DNA of 64,000 nt from Yuukianura sp. NJ FZ-2021 (GCA_046563655.1 CM102286.1:4836001-4900000); one strand, 5' to 3'; positions 50,740 through 64,000 are shown, counted from the stretch's first letter. Notes: generated by a model not told the origin, from the sequence alone. Made by a program: numbers and translations.

Positions 50740-53700
50740 ATATCCTGTTCATACACACACAATTTGTCAAAGTTTGACAAATTTGGTAAAAGTCAAAACA
50801 AAATTGCGTTGTTGACGTGCACTGAATTTTAAATTTCAATCGAAAATCTAGCGAAAAAGTTCCTTAAAAACTTAATTAAGGTTCAGTTTTTTAATTTAGC
50901 TTAAAAACGATTTCTATTTTTTTACTTTTTTACCTTTAAATTTCTCTCAGGCTTCACAATTGAATGGAACTTTTTAATTTTTTGCGCGCGTGACGCTAGA
51001 CAAAAGTTTTGGGGAACTCTTCTTCAATTAGACCCAATTTATTACAATGAATTAGACCAAACCAAAGGCCATCTGAAGATTAGTTTCCGCCACTAACGCT
51101 GTTGACACAGATTCGCAACAAAGATTAATCTCTCTTAAGTTATGATGCGTGTTTTGCAGGAGCATAAATTTAACTGCTGTTAAAGTTAATCCTAACTAAA
51201 TCTTAATTCCCGCGCAAAGCGACGCGGCGTAAACTGAACTGACGCAATGCTACGATGATGAAACATGGTCTGACTGTTGACAAAACTTTCATTTGCTCTT
51301 ACCATCCTTCTGAAACCAAAAGCCAATGACAACTTTTGCTTCTCTAGAAAACATCCTTTTAAAAACTTTGGCGTAAAATTGCATTTTGCTTCTTAGAAAA
51401 CTTTCGAGACAGACCTTCACCCCCAGAAATGAGCATTCTTTGCCAACTGAAGAAGAGTTGAAAAGGTGCAGTAGATGTCATTTTCTTCTGCGGATTTTTG
51501 TAAATGACGACTGGAGAGGTGACAGGTCAAGGAGGCACATGAAAGTCCAAATCCCCTTGGCTTTTCTCGTGCCTCCACAGTTTAATTCCGCTTCTTCAAC
51601 TTTAGCTTTCTTCTTTATAGGGTTAGGTTGAACCATCATAATTTTCCGTCTGCAGCCTAATCAAAAGAAACACGCAAAACTCAACAAAAAGCAGCGAAGG
51701 CTGAATTTCTTCTTTGGAAAACCGCCGTTTTTTTTAACAAACCGCAACTTAACATTTCTTTGCTGCTTTTTGTAAGCAATGATGATGATAGCTGTTAGAG
51801 CGACAATTCGACCGTCATTATGCTGAGGTGTTAAGACTCAAATTGAAAAGAAAATGGTTGAATGAATGTTGTAAATGTGGCGGAAAGTGAAAGTCAACAA
51901 ACATATACTACACCAGGAAGCATCATAACAAAACCTTTGTCCCATTTACTAGAACTGTCGTGTCAAAGGAAGGAAGAGGGGGTGAAAGCCTGGAGCAAAC
52001 TGGGTTATGTTAGGTAACCCTAGCACTTTCTCCCGCGATAGTGTTAACATTTGAGATAAAAGATACATATTATATTTCTGTGGTGGCGGGCCGTCAGGGA
52101 ATCGATTGTCTACCTTTGTGATATCCAGGACAGGAACAAGAAGTCTTTAAGAAAACGCAAGTTTTCGATAACTTTGACAAGTCACATGAACTTCTACTTT
52201 TTTGGTGCCATTTTATAAAAACTGCTTCTGGACCTGCTGCCGCAAATTTTTCTTCTTAAGTGTTAGCAAGCCATTTGATGGCAGACACCAGGAAGACTTT
52301 TATAGTTGAAAATTTCATTTTCTATGGGCTATGATCACCTTAATAAACTGGCTTTTGTAAAATATTAACCTATGGGGATAGCATAAGGGAAACCAGTTTG
52401 TGAAGTGCTAAAGCTAAGCAAAAAGAAAAGTAGTAGTTGACAACTTTTATGAAGGTTTAGGATATGGGATGATTTTTTTTATTAAAGAAATGAAATCGTT
52501 ATTAAGTTTGATCTTTTGATCTTGGCCGGATTTAGGAGAAGTCATGCTCTCTTGACCACTTAATCTCTAATGGGGCTTTCCTTCTGATGAGAGCATGACC
52601 TCTTGACCTCTACTGTCCAGCCTCTTGTGCAATAAGTTCTCATATGGTAAAAGAAATATGACGGTATCAACGCTATAGGTAGAGTGTGTTATGTACTAAG
52701 TTCGGCAGAAGATTTCGCTTAGAAGCCGCTAAACCAACATGCCCTTTGGTCCAGAGCGGTCTTGGACGGAAGTTTTGCGGACAGTTATGTTCATGGACAA
52801 AAACTGTCGTAAGGCTGAAACACTACGATCAAACGGGGTTTCTTGTAAAATTTGACCTTTGAAACAGGATGGCCGTCCATTGCTAGTCTTATTCTGGTAT
52901 AGAGTTTCCGTCCAGAAAAGTCGAGCAATGGTAGAGCAGTTAGAAAGAAATCTACAGGGGAAAGTGTGGATAAAAGAAAAGTAAAGTTGAGAAATTTCTT
53001 TTATCTTGGCCTCTGCTACATCCCAGTCGGTTAGAAGTTTAGACGTAAAAGCATAGGGCCAAAGTGTGAATGAAAACTTTCTTGTGGCGGAAATGAAAAA
53101 TAGTGACGCTCTAGAGGCATTTTGTGGCAAAACGAAGGCTTAACTCAATCTATTTTCTTAATTTCATCTGCAGCAACAGGTTTCTGTAGACAGAAGGCGC
53201 CTGCGCTTACCATCTACTTTCTCTTTTTCATTTTGCACGATTCCGTGTTCCTCTTTTCTGAATTATTAAAAGACTTCAATTAAAGTTGCTGGTTAGAAGG
53301 AAAAAACAATAGAAAAATGAACTTTTTGTACAAATTAAACTCCAAAGTTTTGAAATTCTGGAGAGCCCTTCTAGTTTTTTATTCCAAGTTAGAAAGTTGA
53401 AGGAAGAGAAAGCGGAGAAAAGGAGCTAATAAGACAAAACTTGAAACATTTGGTGGGAAATAGACTGTGGAGGAGATAAAGTCTTGGAATTAGCATTGTA
53501 TCTATTGGGTTTCCAAGAACAAAGTCAAAGGAAGAACCCCCAGTAGCAGCCGCCAGAACTTTTGATTAAATCTAACAAGCTCAGGAGAAAATGGTTTTCA
53601 ACTTAAGTGGCGGCAAGAAAAACTTTTCAGGTTTAAGGTTTCTGCTGGTTGAGTCCAAATCCTAAACCTAATTTCTATTCATCGACTAGACAAAGGAAAG

Positions 53701-56700
53701 CGGGAGATTTTGAAATATGCTTCTCTGTTTCCATATTGTCATTTGAAATCGACCTTGGGAATATAGGCAGCCACTCTAAAGGTTCTAAGTGGTCTGGAGA
53801 TCTGCTACTTTTCGGAAGAATGAAGAATTGATGATAGCATGGTTAGGTTAAGCTATAATATAGAAGAGGCTTTCACGGATGGCGACGGCGGTGCTAGAAT
53901 TCTAATCTTGATTGGCACTCAGTCAATATTCGGAAGAACCAGAAATGTGATCTCATGGTTAAAGCCTAAAGCTTTTCAAAGGTTCCGTTCAGAATATGAT
54001 GATATATGAGCCGTTTGTCGTCTCCGTGTTTTAGATCTGGTCAGCAAGTTTCAGCATAAATTAGACAGAAATATTGGCACACAGGAGGATCAGGGCGGGC
54101 TATGCCTTGGACTCAAAACAAAAAAAAACGTTATTCTTTGCTCAATTTTCACTTTTCTGTTATTACACAACTGGAGTTCGATTCTGTAAGTCTTGGTATA
54201 AAAAATTTCGCCTTTGGCAGTATGACTGAATGACGTTATTTCAAGAAACTGGTTTTATTGAACCTGTTTTGAAAATTAAACAAAAAAAAACATTTTCAAG
54301 TTTGCAAAATGTAAATACAGTGACGTAAGAATTTACATATTTGTAGTTGACAAAAATTCTGGTAATTAGAAAGCTAATTTAAGCTTCACATGCTCTTGCG
54401 TTACTCGGATTTTCCACAGTCTTAATTAGGATTGCTGCTTTTTGTTTCAAAGTATAATTTAAAACTTACCGCTTTTTTGCTAGGCTGAAAAGTCATTAAG
54501 TTTGTTTAGTGAATGTTGCGAATTGTTTTTCTTTTTTAGATTTTATTAAGTTGACAACAGCGCCAAAATCGTGGGCGGCGGCTTCAGCACTTTTTGTTAA
54601 ATTGAAATTTAGGTAACAGCGGAAACAGCCAGCAGCAAAAGCACTATCTATTGTGTGAAAAGTTTTGACATAATACAAAGCGTCCGTTGGCCCTAGGGCG
54701 GTCAACGACCGAGACATGACAGGAAATGTGTGAACAAGATCAATCGACTCCAGTTCCAGATTTGAAAACTTTTCTTTCCATTTTGGTCAGCGAAAATTTT
54801 TCTTTTTAAATATTTTTGAGTACTCTCCATGTCAGACACATCATTTCCTGGTCGTGGCGGGAAAAAGTTTTTTTGGTGCCAAGCTAACTACTGAAAGGAT
54901 AAGGTTTGAGACTTTGGATTTGGACATGGACTTTTGGGAGAAAGTTTGGACATTTCTCTTTTCGAGGGAATAAATGTACCACAGTAAAGCTTTTGGGAAG
55001 TTCAACATTATGATGATGTCCATGAAAGTAGTGTAGTAGGAGAGGATTGAGGCGCCAGTCGTTTTCTACACAGTGACTACATGAGGTTTACAGGGTGAGC
55101 GAAAAAGCTTTCATCTAGCGTAAAACACTTTGGCCAATTTTTCAAGTTAGAAAATTTGTAATGACCTAGTGAGCTCGGAATTTTGAGAAACTTTGAGCCA
55201 TGCTGTACATTTCTAGTTTGCTAATATATCCGCTATCTTACTTTTTTGGTAAAAAATCCCCATACTTTGGAAAAAGCTTTTCACTTATGGGAAAGACTCA
55301 CGAAAAGAAAAGTTTTGCTCCCTAACATCAAGAAATTAGCAGTTACTTTCTCCTTCCCGAACTTTCTTTCCGTCTTTCAATCTCTATGCCCGACACAAAA
55401 ATTTCGGGTGCAATGATTCACCTGCAAATTGAGATTGAGTTCAAATTTTCAAACTTTTGCGCGCAAACCCTACCTAATTACTACACCAAAACGTCGAGGT
55501 CGGAAGCCTCGCCCAAGGCGAGAAAAGCTGCCCGGAAAGGGCGGGAAAAAACTTGAGAATGAAAATGTTTACGTTTTTCTCTACTAAAACTCCAAAATTA
55601 GAAATTCTCTCTGCGTAGAAAGACGTAGGCTCCAAGTGGCGGTTTAATTCAAACTCAGCAGAAACGAGTTTCTCACATGCAGCAGCAAAGCTTTAAAAAA
55701 ACACAGAAAATGAAACTGAAATTGAAATTTTTAGAAGAGACTTTGTGCCGTTTTATGAGAATGACTCATTTTCATTACTCCCAAGCCTATCGTCCTGCAC
55801 TAAGGCAACTCTCGGTCTCGTCTGAACTTATGGGAGAAGGTAGATAGAGTAAGTCTCCTTTTTCTAGTAGTTTCAGCATATTTTCAAAAATTCAAAATAT
55901 ATTTTGTAAACTTTGTATTCTGGCGGTGAAAGCTTTCAAATAGCATTCCGTAAAATACGAAATTTCTCCCTGGCATTCCTCATTCATTCATCTCCTTTAC
56001 TGTACCATGATCAAAGAGAAATTTGTAGCCAGTCTGTACGAGACAGGAAATTTGACCCCATTGACCTCATATACCAAACGAAAATTTGAAATTCAATTAC
56101 AACTCCTGGGCAATATGTTCGTGTTGTAACCTCTTGAGTCCAAGGTTATTTCCAAGTCAATTTTTAGTTTTCCGAAATCTGGTGTTGATTTTTTTTTTGA
56201 AATTTATTATTTTTCGAAATTAATTCGAAGCCCGTAGAGAGAAAATTTCTCAGAAACTCAAAACTTATTGCGTTTCTGTTACTCAATTATAAATAAAAGA
56301 TTGAATTTCATGAAAAGTCGGTGCTACTTACAGTGATTTTTCCGCAATACTTTGCTCAGCAGTAGCACAGTAAAAAATATATTAGGTTTAGCAGAAGCGA
56401 CATGTTTCCAGTTTATTATCGAGCTGTTGCAGACTTTTTAAAAACTTTTTCACGACGGCTGTCGCCGCGCTTTCTCCAACTGTTTGGCTCAAATGATCCG
56501 GAGAAATAAATAGAAATGGGAATTTCATTCACACAAATCCCACGCAACTGTGGCTCTTATTCACATTCAGTCTTTCAATGATCCATGGACTTCATTCAGT
56601 CCCAGACTTGCGGAAAATCAAATCATTTGCTAAATTTGATTCACCTTCAAATCCAATAAAGAAGCTTGTGGTTATCCAGCTCTCTTTTCAAAAAAAGAGA

Positions 56701-59700
56701 CAAGATACACTGCTTACTGGACCACAAATTTTAACAACTGCGTTACCAAAACCAGCATTTAAAAAAAATCTACAGAATAGTAAGTTTATTTCAAAATCAC
56801 TTCTTTCTTGGTTTCTTGAAAGAAATGGGAAAGTTGAAATTTGTCGGATTCTGAATTTTTAAATTTTGCAATGTTTTTGTTGTTCCTCGGAAAAAGATTG
56901 CAGCTCTTAAGTTAATTTTCACTTGAGTTTATTCCCAAATGAGCCAAGGTCTTTTCTGAACTCTAACTTGATTAATAATTAAGTTGCTTTCACTTTATGT
57001 TCAATTTGAGTGATGAAAGGTAGAGACAGGAAATCATCAGCTTGTTCCATTCTGTTTACTTTTTTCCTTGATCTTGTTTGTACAGAAATCCCAGTAGTGA
57101 CGGAAGGAAGGATTTGATTCGTTTGTTCGTAATAACTTTGTTCACCTTACGCCATATTTTCTCCACCAAAATCCCATCTCAGTCTGCTCTGCTAGACTGA
57201 AATTTTTTCAAACAAGAAGACAGGCCTGAAAGCCCGAGATGTTAGGTTACCTAATCAAGGTAAAGCCTCCTATATGTGTCTGTCGCTTATTAACAGAGTC
57301 TATTCCCTCCAGATTCACATCAACTCCGCTTTCACTTTGAGCGAAAGTAAATTGAGTTTTCCGCCAAACCCATCCCTAACATATCCTAACCACTGCAGTC
57401 ACTGCCACCTTCCCGTCACTTCAAATTTAAGGTCAATTCATGTAACATGACTCCCTCGACATCAGCTACTGCCTTTTCAAAAGACCCGGGGACAATGGAC
57501 TTGCGGCTAGCAGAGTGATCCTGAGTGTATTATTGTTTACCTCGCACGAGCCAAAGTACATTTCAGGAGATTTGAGTCCTCGAGTTCCATTAATTTGTTA
57601 TCTTCAACTACCCTTCATTCCATTATTCCCGGGCATTCCTCCTAAATCCACTCATCTTCTGGCTCAGTGGTAGCTAGCCAGTTGCCAAGCCACTTGAACA
57701 CAATTCAAAAGACTTTCTCCATTCCATTGTTAACTTTCTCTAACCAGAACCTGTACCATTTATCAACCACAACTGCCAAGTCCATTTACAAAGCAGTATC
57801 TGGGAAACAAAGCAAAAAAAATTTTGAGCCTTTTACTTACTTTACTAAAGTTTCGAAACCAAGATTTGATTTGGCTATGTTATGGCGATGAGTCACTGCA
57901 ACATGTGGCATTGCCGAAGCTTTTACAGCCAATTATAACCTAACTATCTAGCAAAAAAAAAATTCACGAATTTGCAAAATCATAGAATCACATTGATATA
58001 AAAAGTTTCACAAAAATGAAACTGAAATGTTTTCATTTTTTGTGATTATTTTATTATTTTTTCGTTCTTTTTTCAATTTAGATCAAGTTTTCTTTTCTGG
58101 ATTTTGTATGTCTGAACCTTCAAAATTGATGTTTATTAGTTTGTCCATTCTTTGCTATGCATCGAACTACGACAAAGCGTTAAAGTTTGGTTGCTTTGTG
58201 ATGTAATTTATGAGCGGACCTTATTGCAATTCTGACTGAGGAAAAGAACGATAAAAGTGAATTGAGTTCAATATTAACAGTTGCAAAAAGAAAAAGGAGC
58301 AGCAAAAAAGAGTTTTGAGACATGGCTGACTCAGTTACCCGGATCTGTTCCTTTGTGATCTAATCTGTAAAAGTTTTATTCCTTTGAAATTGCATCAGTG
58401 TAATGGATAGAATAAAGAATTGGGGGGTCACGTTTAGAGTTTAAGTGAATCAAGACTCTGAGCCATGGGTCACGATACGAGACTAATGCATTTGCCATTT
58501 GAGGTTATTTAATGCTCCGGAGTTAACCCCAAAGCCCCCTCCCTCGTGACATGAATTTCCCTGTGAGTCCAGAAAGAAGTAAAGTGGCGTATGCTGCCCT
58601 TAAAATAAACTGGCCACTGCAGGAGGAAACAAAGTCACATATCTGTCTTTGTTCCGGGGGTTTAGTGGCAGAACAAGGCCGTAAATCCTGGAATCCGCGA
58701 ACTTCCTTCTCAAAAAATCCACCATTACCGACTCCAACTGACCCATAAGCAAAGAGCATAACTTAACCTAACCAATGAGTAAGCATAAGCTTCAAGCCCC
58801 TCCAGGAACTGCCGGTCGGGTCGAGATTTGACAAGGGGGAAAGTGCCTTGTGACCTCCTAAGCTCCCTGTCTTCTATGACTTGTGCAAAATCCACCATTA
58901 TTTATGCAAATAGGGCCTCCAGGACCCATACAACAGAATCTATTTCCAACGCAGAGTAATGGCGGGAACGGGCTCCAATCAGACACAGGGTCTCAAAATA
59001 GTTACTCCCTCCAAATCCTGCTTGCATTAAAAACTAAAGTTTTCGTTTCATGAAATAGCCTCACATTCTCCTTCACTCGGATTCCTCCAGACGCTTTGAA
59101 AACTTTATGCTTTCACCAGAGAACTTTCACTTATGCAATACCTATACACAAGTTTTTATAAAATTCCAGTAATGTACTTCTATTTGATTAAAATCAGTTT
59201 ATCAAAAAGTGACAGAATCATTGAAGTAAAAAAGCAACAACTAAGCAATTTTATTAAAATTGGAGTTCGATTAAAAGCAATTTTAGATAAAGAAAAAGAG
59301 TGAAAGCACTCGATTTGCACATAAAACTTTGCGTGCTTGGAGTTGATAGTAGCTTGTCACGTCCAGTAAAATTCTCAGTGACAGGTCTGCAGGTGTATAA
59401 GGTGACCTCTGAATAAGTTGGACCTGCCCTCCAGAATAGTTCCTTTGACCTACATTTCTCTCTGGTTTAAATTAAGCATTAAGGAGAGGGAAGACGTGCT
59501 TTGTTCCTGTTTCTGAAGGATTCAATCCAATCCTCCAAGGTGCCTCTTGCAAAGGCCTCTCTAAGTCCTCCCACTTAAATTCCTTTCTACGTCTTCTGCC
59601 CCACCTTGTTCTTACGGCGTAAATCCCACCATTATTTGAAAATAGGGAAACGACGTATCGATTGAATGGAATGTCGAATGATACAATTCAAGCCCTGTTG

Positions 59701-62700
59701 GAACAACCTTGAATGAACGAGCGTACTGAGGGAATGTGCTCGAATGAAGCTCACCTGGTTGGCAAGGACAACCAAAAAAGAAAGAGCTAGCCCTATCGCA
59801 CTCATATATGGGCACAGAGTTTCTTTTTTGACTGGCAGAGTGAAAGGCTTTAGAAAGTGACGGTGGTGGTGGCTATTGATTTTCTTACAGGTTGAAATCT
59901 TCAAACCATCCCAAAGAAAGAACGGAAAACGAGTGAAATGAATAATTGATTTTTGTGTTTTTTTTTGCCCATACATGCTTTTTTCTTTAGAAATTTCGAT
60001 CCGACACGGGGAAGTACTGGATCTGCGAGGGAGTAAGTATAGTCAATTTAAAAAGGTTTTCTTAGTAGTTACTGGTGGTTTATACGTTGTTCCTATGTTC
60101 TGTAAACTTATAAACCCAATTTTAGTTTGTAAAAGATATAGTTACTCCCTCTGTTCCCTTTGAGTTTGCTGTTGAAGGAGAGCGTCGCTCTTTTGGTTGG
60201 TGGAGATTGATAGTTTTTCCTGGAGGGAATTCTGACGGGCTATGTGTCTTGTGTGTGCTTACTTAACCCCATTACATGGATTAATTTGGAGCTTCTTAGC
60301 CAAGCCCAAACGGCGGAATCATTGAAAATTTAGGAGGTTTAGAATTCTGTTCATGTTTATGGCTCATCGGAGGATCTTAGTAGGTCACAAGACTATAAGA
60401 CGCAGGAGAGAAAGTGTTGAATGATTCTGGAGATGAAAGAAAGTTCTGTTGGGCTTTTGTAGCTGCTAGAAAACTTTGCTTTCACTGCTCATCTTAGACA
60501 TTCTTAATTAGAAGACATGCTCAGAGGTTTTGGGTTAAAGTGGAGTCTTTTGAGATAGGTTTAGTCTTTTGAGTGTACCAAATGAATGTGGCCACTTGAA
60601 CATGTTTATAGTGAGTCTAGAGTATTTGATTTACGATTGGATCTATGGAAATACAAAGTATAAACTTGGCAAAAGGAGCATCAGGCTCCGTTTTCATTAA
60701 GTTGGTGTGAAGATGAAGTTTAGGTTAGGGTGAAAGTGAAAGTTGTCTTTATAAATCCCAAAGTGATTCATGGTTTGTGTTCAGCAGGTCGGGAACTATG
60801 GAAGGCATTCTCAAAATAAATCATTCCTACGGAATATTTGCTACATTCTTCATAGTTGGAATTTCGCAGTTGCATGCACCGAATTACTTTACATTAGGTT
60901 TGGTTGTTGCCAACACATTAAGATTTGTAAAGATTCGGGGAGTATGATAAGGAGAGCTAGTGGCAGAACAGTCCTTTGTCGTCGTCATGTTCAAATTTAC
61001 TTTGGCAGGGCGTGTGAAAATTTAATTTGGATTAAAACGTGTTAATCTCGTCACTTTCACTTACGCCTCAACATAAACCATTTCCTGTCTCTTGATGTTA
61101 TTGAATTGTAAAAGCTGGGTTGAATTTTCTACCTTGTTTGCCTTCTCTTTTTCACTTTTTGTGGAACGTGTTTTGCTGTAGAGTATAAAAAATCCATTAG
61201 TTAGATTTATATGCAAGTGAAATTGAAAAGAGAATACGGTTGAGGAAAAGCATTTACTTTTTCCAACTACCCTATGCCAGTTGAGATTCATTTGAAAAGT
61301 TAGGATGTTGTAGGTGTATTTTTTGCATGAGTTAGGTTAGGTTTTGCCTAACTTCCATGGGAAATAGTTCAATCAATAACACACCTGTAGCCACAAAGAC
61401 TTTCTCCCACCCGCGGTGGTGCAATTCTCGTAAGTTTCAGCAGGCAGCCACCGCCGCGGTGGCAGAGAAAGCACGGTGACTTTGTCTCCCGCCAAGTATT
61501 TGGATTCTCTTTGTTGAATCAACGCAATCTTCATAAGAAAACACGTCGAAAGGCAGAAAAAAATTTTAACATGTTTGATAAAATCTCATTTTTAGGAAAT
61601 CGGTTGTTCAAAAGAAAGTCAAATGAGTTGGCGTTTCCCAATTTTCAATTCCAATTACAATTTAAATTAGGCGTTAGTTCCTTATTTGCTCCGACAAAGC
61701 AGTTTAATTGAACTTTTCTATGAAGGAATTTGTAATGTACATGGGAATTGGAGCTGCTTGGACTAACAAAACCACAACCCACATCCTAATCACTAAAAAT
61801 TGCTGAACTGTTTCAGAACAAAAAAAAATTGCAAAAGGAGCCGAATTGTTTTTTGAGTTACCCTTAACCTAACAAGTTTTTAAAGCATAGCAAATCATTT
61901 TAAGTTACAAAATTTCACGGACCCTACATGTTGGGAAATTTTTGATCTTAGGCGGTGTTTTGCATGGAAAGCTCCACTCCTCACAGTTTGATATAAAAAA
62001 AAATAAAAGAAACGCCTCATGTGTAAGCTATCTTGGCTGAATTGAGTAATTTTGTTTTTATGTTTTTGAAGTACTTTGTGAACATAATTCAATTAAAATC
62101 ATAACACGATGCCGCTTTTAACTTCATAAGCGTTTCCGCTCATTCAATACCGCACTATATAGTTTAGTCGCTTTGTTTTTTTTTTCTATTTGCTTTTCGG
62201 CATATGGCTAGCAGAATCTGAAACTGAAGATTTTTCCAAGGTTGTGGTTGTTGGGAATATTGCTAATGGATGGGATATTGGCAAGTGCAAGTTTAGTTTA
62301 GAGATTCGCTCTAAGATAAATATTTAGAATAGTTCGTCTACTCCCCTATGACATGCAACTTTAAAAAAATTCGAACTTTCTCTGCTTCGGCGTTCCAAAG
62401 ATATAACACTAAAAGCATTCCAAACTTTTCAGATGATGCAAAAGTTGTCGAAGGTTTGAAAAGTTTTCGCTATTCAAACAGAGGCGACCTGAGTTTCATG
62501 TTTGCGAAAGATTTTAAAAATTTGATTACGAAACGTGTATTGCGCAATGTTTTTAAGCGACTATTTTTAAGTTCAACTACTGTTTACGGCTTTTCTGAGA
62601 AAAACAGCTATTCAAGAAACCAATTTCCACGTGGCGAGGTAGAATTTTGAAAATTGAAAACAAGGCGCGGATGTAGACCAAAATATTTTGAATCTAGGCA

Positions 62701-62937
62701 AAAGTGGGCAGAAGTATGTGCGAAAACATAAATTTTGCTAAGGAAATTGATTTTGAGCAGGATGAAAGGGGAAACTCACTTTGGGGAATTGAATTATACG
62801 GTAAAATTAGACTTCGGATTAGTGAAAATGGAGTTTGGATTTCCTATTAAACGCTATTAATCTAGTTTTAGTTAATTTAATTTCATACAAATCAACTTAT
62901 TTTCCTTAACTGCACTCTTACTCTCCATCTTGTATAC
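50740..62937 (+). other. U12-type (minor spliceosome) AT-AC intron, 12,198 nt
   Basis: 5' end ATATCCTGT at 50740; branch sequence TTTCCTTAAC at 62901-62910; 3' end TAC at 62935-62937. Removal joins CC|G TGG to restore ITNP-WFERIS. Confidence 0.92.
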
Positions 62938-63052
62938 GTGGTTTGAGCGGATCAGCATTCTAGTCATCCTACTCAATTGCGTCACTCTCGGAATGTACCG
63001 CCCTTGTGACGACGACGCTCTCTGCACTTCAGCCAGATGCCAAATTTTACAG
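62938..63052 (+). CDS. Ca-alpha1T: T-type calcium channel alpha-1 subunit, coding exon 2 (segment IS1); gene continues beyond the right edge
   Basis: Encodes [38 protein letters not shown] followed by donor GTGAGT. This matches the Cav3 (CACNA1G/H/I) IS1 helix and Cys-rich S1-S2 loop. It is absent from the ORF track because it is under 60 aa. Confidence 0.93.
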
Positions 63053-64000
63053 GTGAGTAAAACACTCTACTTTTTTTGAAAAAACGAAGGAAGTTGCTTT
63101 TGCTTCATCTACGTCTGCGCTGCTTCACTTTTAATGAGCCGAAAACCTCTAAGCTATGAAATTGGTCCCATAAGTGCAAATGATGAAGTCGTAATTTGCA
63201 GTGCAAGGATTTTAATTAGTTTGAATTACGACTGGCCTCGGTTTCGTTTCCCGAGTTCGACCTTTCCCAGCTTAAAGGAAGAGATGACGGCTAGATTGCT
63301 GTCGTCGCGACAAAACCTTAGTCTTTTGACCGACTTAAACTTTTTACAATGGGAAATGGCATTTTTTTTAATACAGACATAAACTGAAACTTTTCGGATG
63401 ATTTTTGTAGCCGAGCAGGAAATCAGGAGTGTTCTGTTTTTTATGGCCACTTTCATAAGATGTAATTTTGAACAACCTTCCACTTTCCGGGTCCTTGTAG
63501 AAGATTTTTTGAAAACATTTCCTACTCGTCCTTTGATTATGTGTCGCCTCTCTAGCTGTTTTTCAAATGACACAAAATGCTTAACGAACACCGAAATTTG
63601 GTATCTTACTGAATATGGTGTAGAGTGGGAAAAGATTTTGACTACTTTGAATGTTTGTCGTCCCTAAAAAATCCCGCAAAACTCTGTCAAAGGATTTAAG
63701 CATGACATAAATGAAGTCCACGTTATGAGTCCAACGACATCGGATGGATATGCTCCAACCACATCAAACAGAAGCCTCTGCCCCATGTAACTATTTTTTC
63801 TACTTTGAGCATCCACTCGACATTTGCGATTCAAATATTTGGCAAACATTTCAAGAATTTGCAATTTGAATTTACAAGTTTCATAATTAAAAATCTCATA
63901 ATTTCCATTGAAAATCCTTGAAAATATACACGTTCAGAAATGCACCCAACAAGTTTACCGCAGCGTCGTATGAAATACAGAGCATCATACAACACTGGAT

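Noticed and set aside
50740..50815. ORF-track tail YPVHTHTICQSLTNLVKVKTKLRC on the channel first exon
   Set aside because: It is read-through into the AT-AC intron; channel homology resumes at 62938.
54170..54186. GGAGTTCGATTC, resembling a tRNA B-box
   Set aside because: No cloverleaf, acceptor stem or A-box around it.
57371..57398. ATATCCTAAC inside the large intron as a second U12 donor
   Set aside because: It departs from the consensus after +7 and no exon encoding the pre-IS1 motif precedes it.
51000..62800. Short ORFs in the channel intron as a nested gene or transposon
   Set aside because: Mostly non-ATG starts with Phe/Lys/Leu-biased composition, no consistent exon chain and no transposase or reverse-transcriptase motifs.

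Overview
Gene-dense, AT-rich eukaryotic genomic DNA with mostly 50-110 nt GT-AG introns; gene content points to an arthropod, but the species cannot be read from the sequence. In order: the 5' part of a mixed-lineage kinase (slipper/MAP3K9-11 type, minus, runs off the left edge); a complete pecanex gene (plus, about 26 exons, head-to-head with the kinase); an unrecognised roughly 400-aa gene (minus); a 95-aa single-pass membrane microprotein gene (plus); a five-exon gene joining a signal peptide, a six-cysteine Sushi/Wonton-like module and a CSYC glutaredoxin (minus); a taranis/SERTA-domain gene (minus); a CSPP1/CCDC66-like coiled-coil gene (minus); and the first two coding exons of a T-type calcium channel alpha-1 subunit (plus), separated by a 12.2-kb AT-AC minor-spliceosome intron. 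The best candidate for something undescribed is the secretory Sushi/Wonton-glutaredoxin fusion, which the ORF track splits across frames. No tRNA, rRNA, CRISPR array or intact transposon could be supported. All gene models are hand-spliced and need RNA-seq confirmation.
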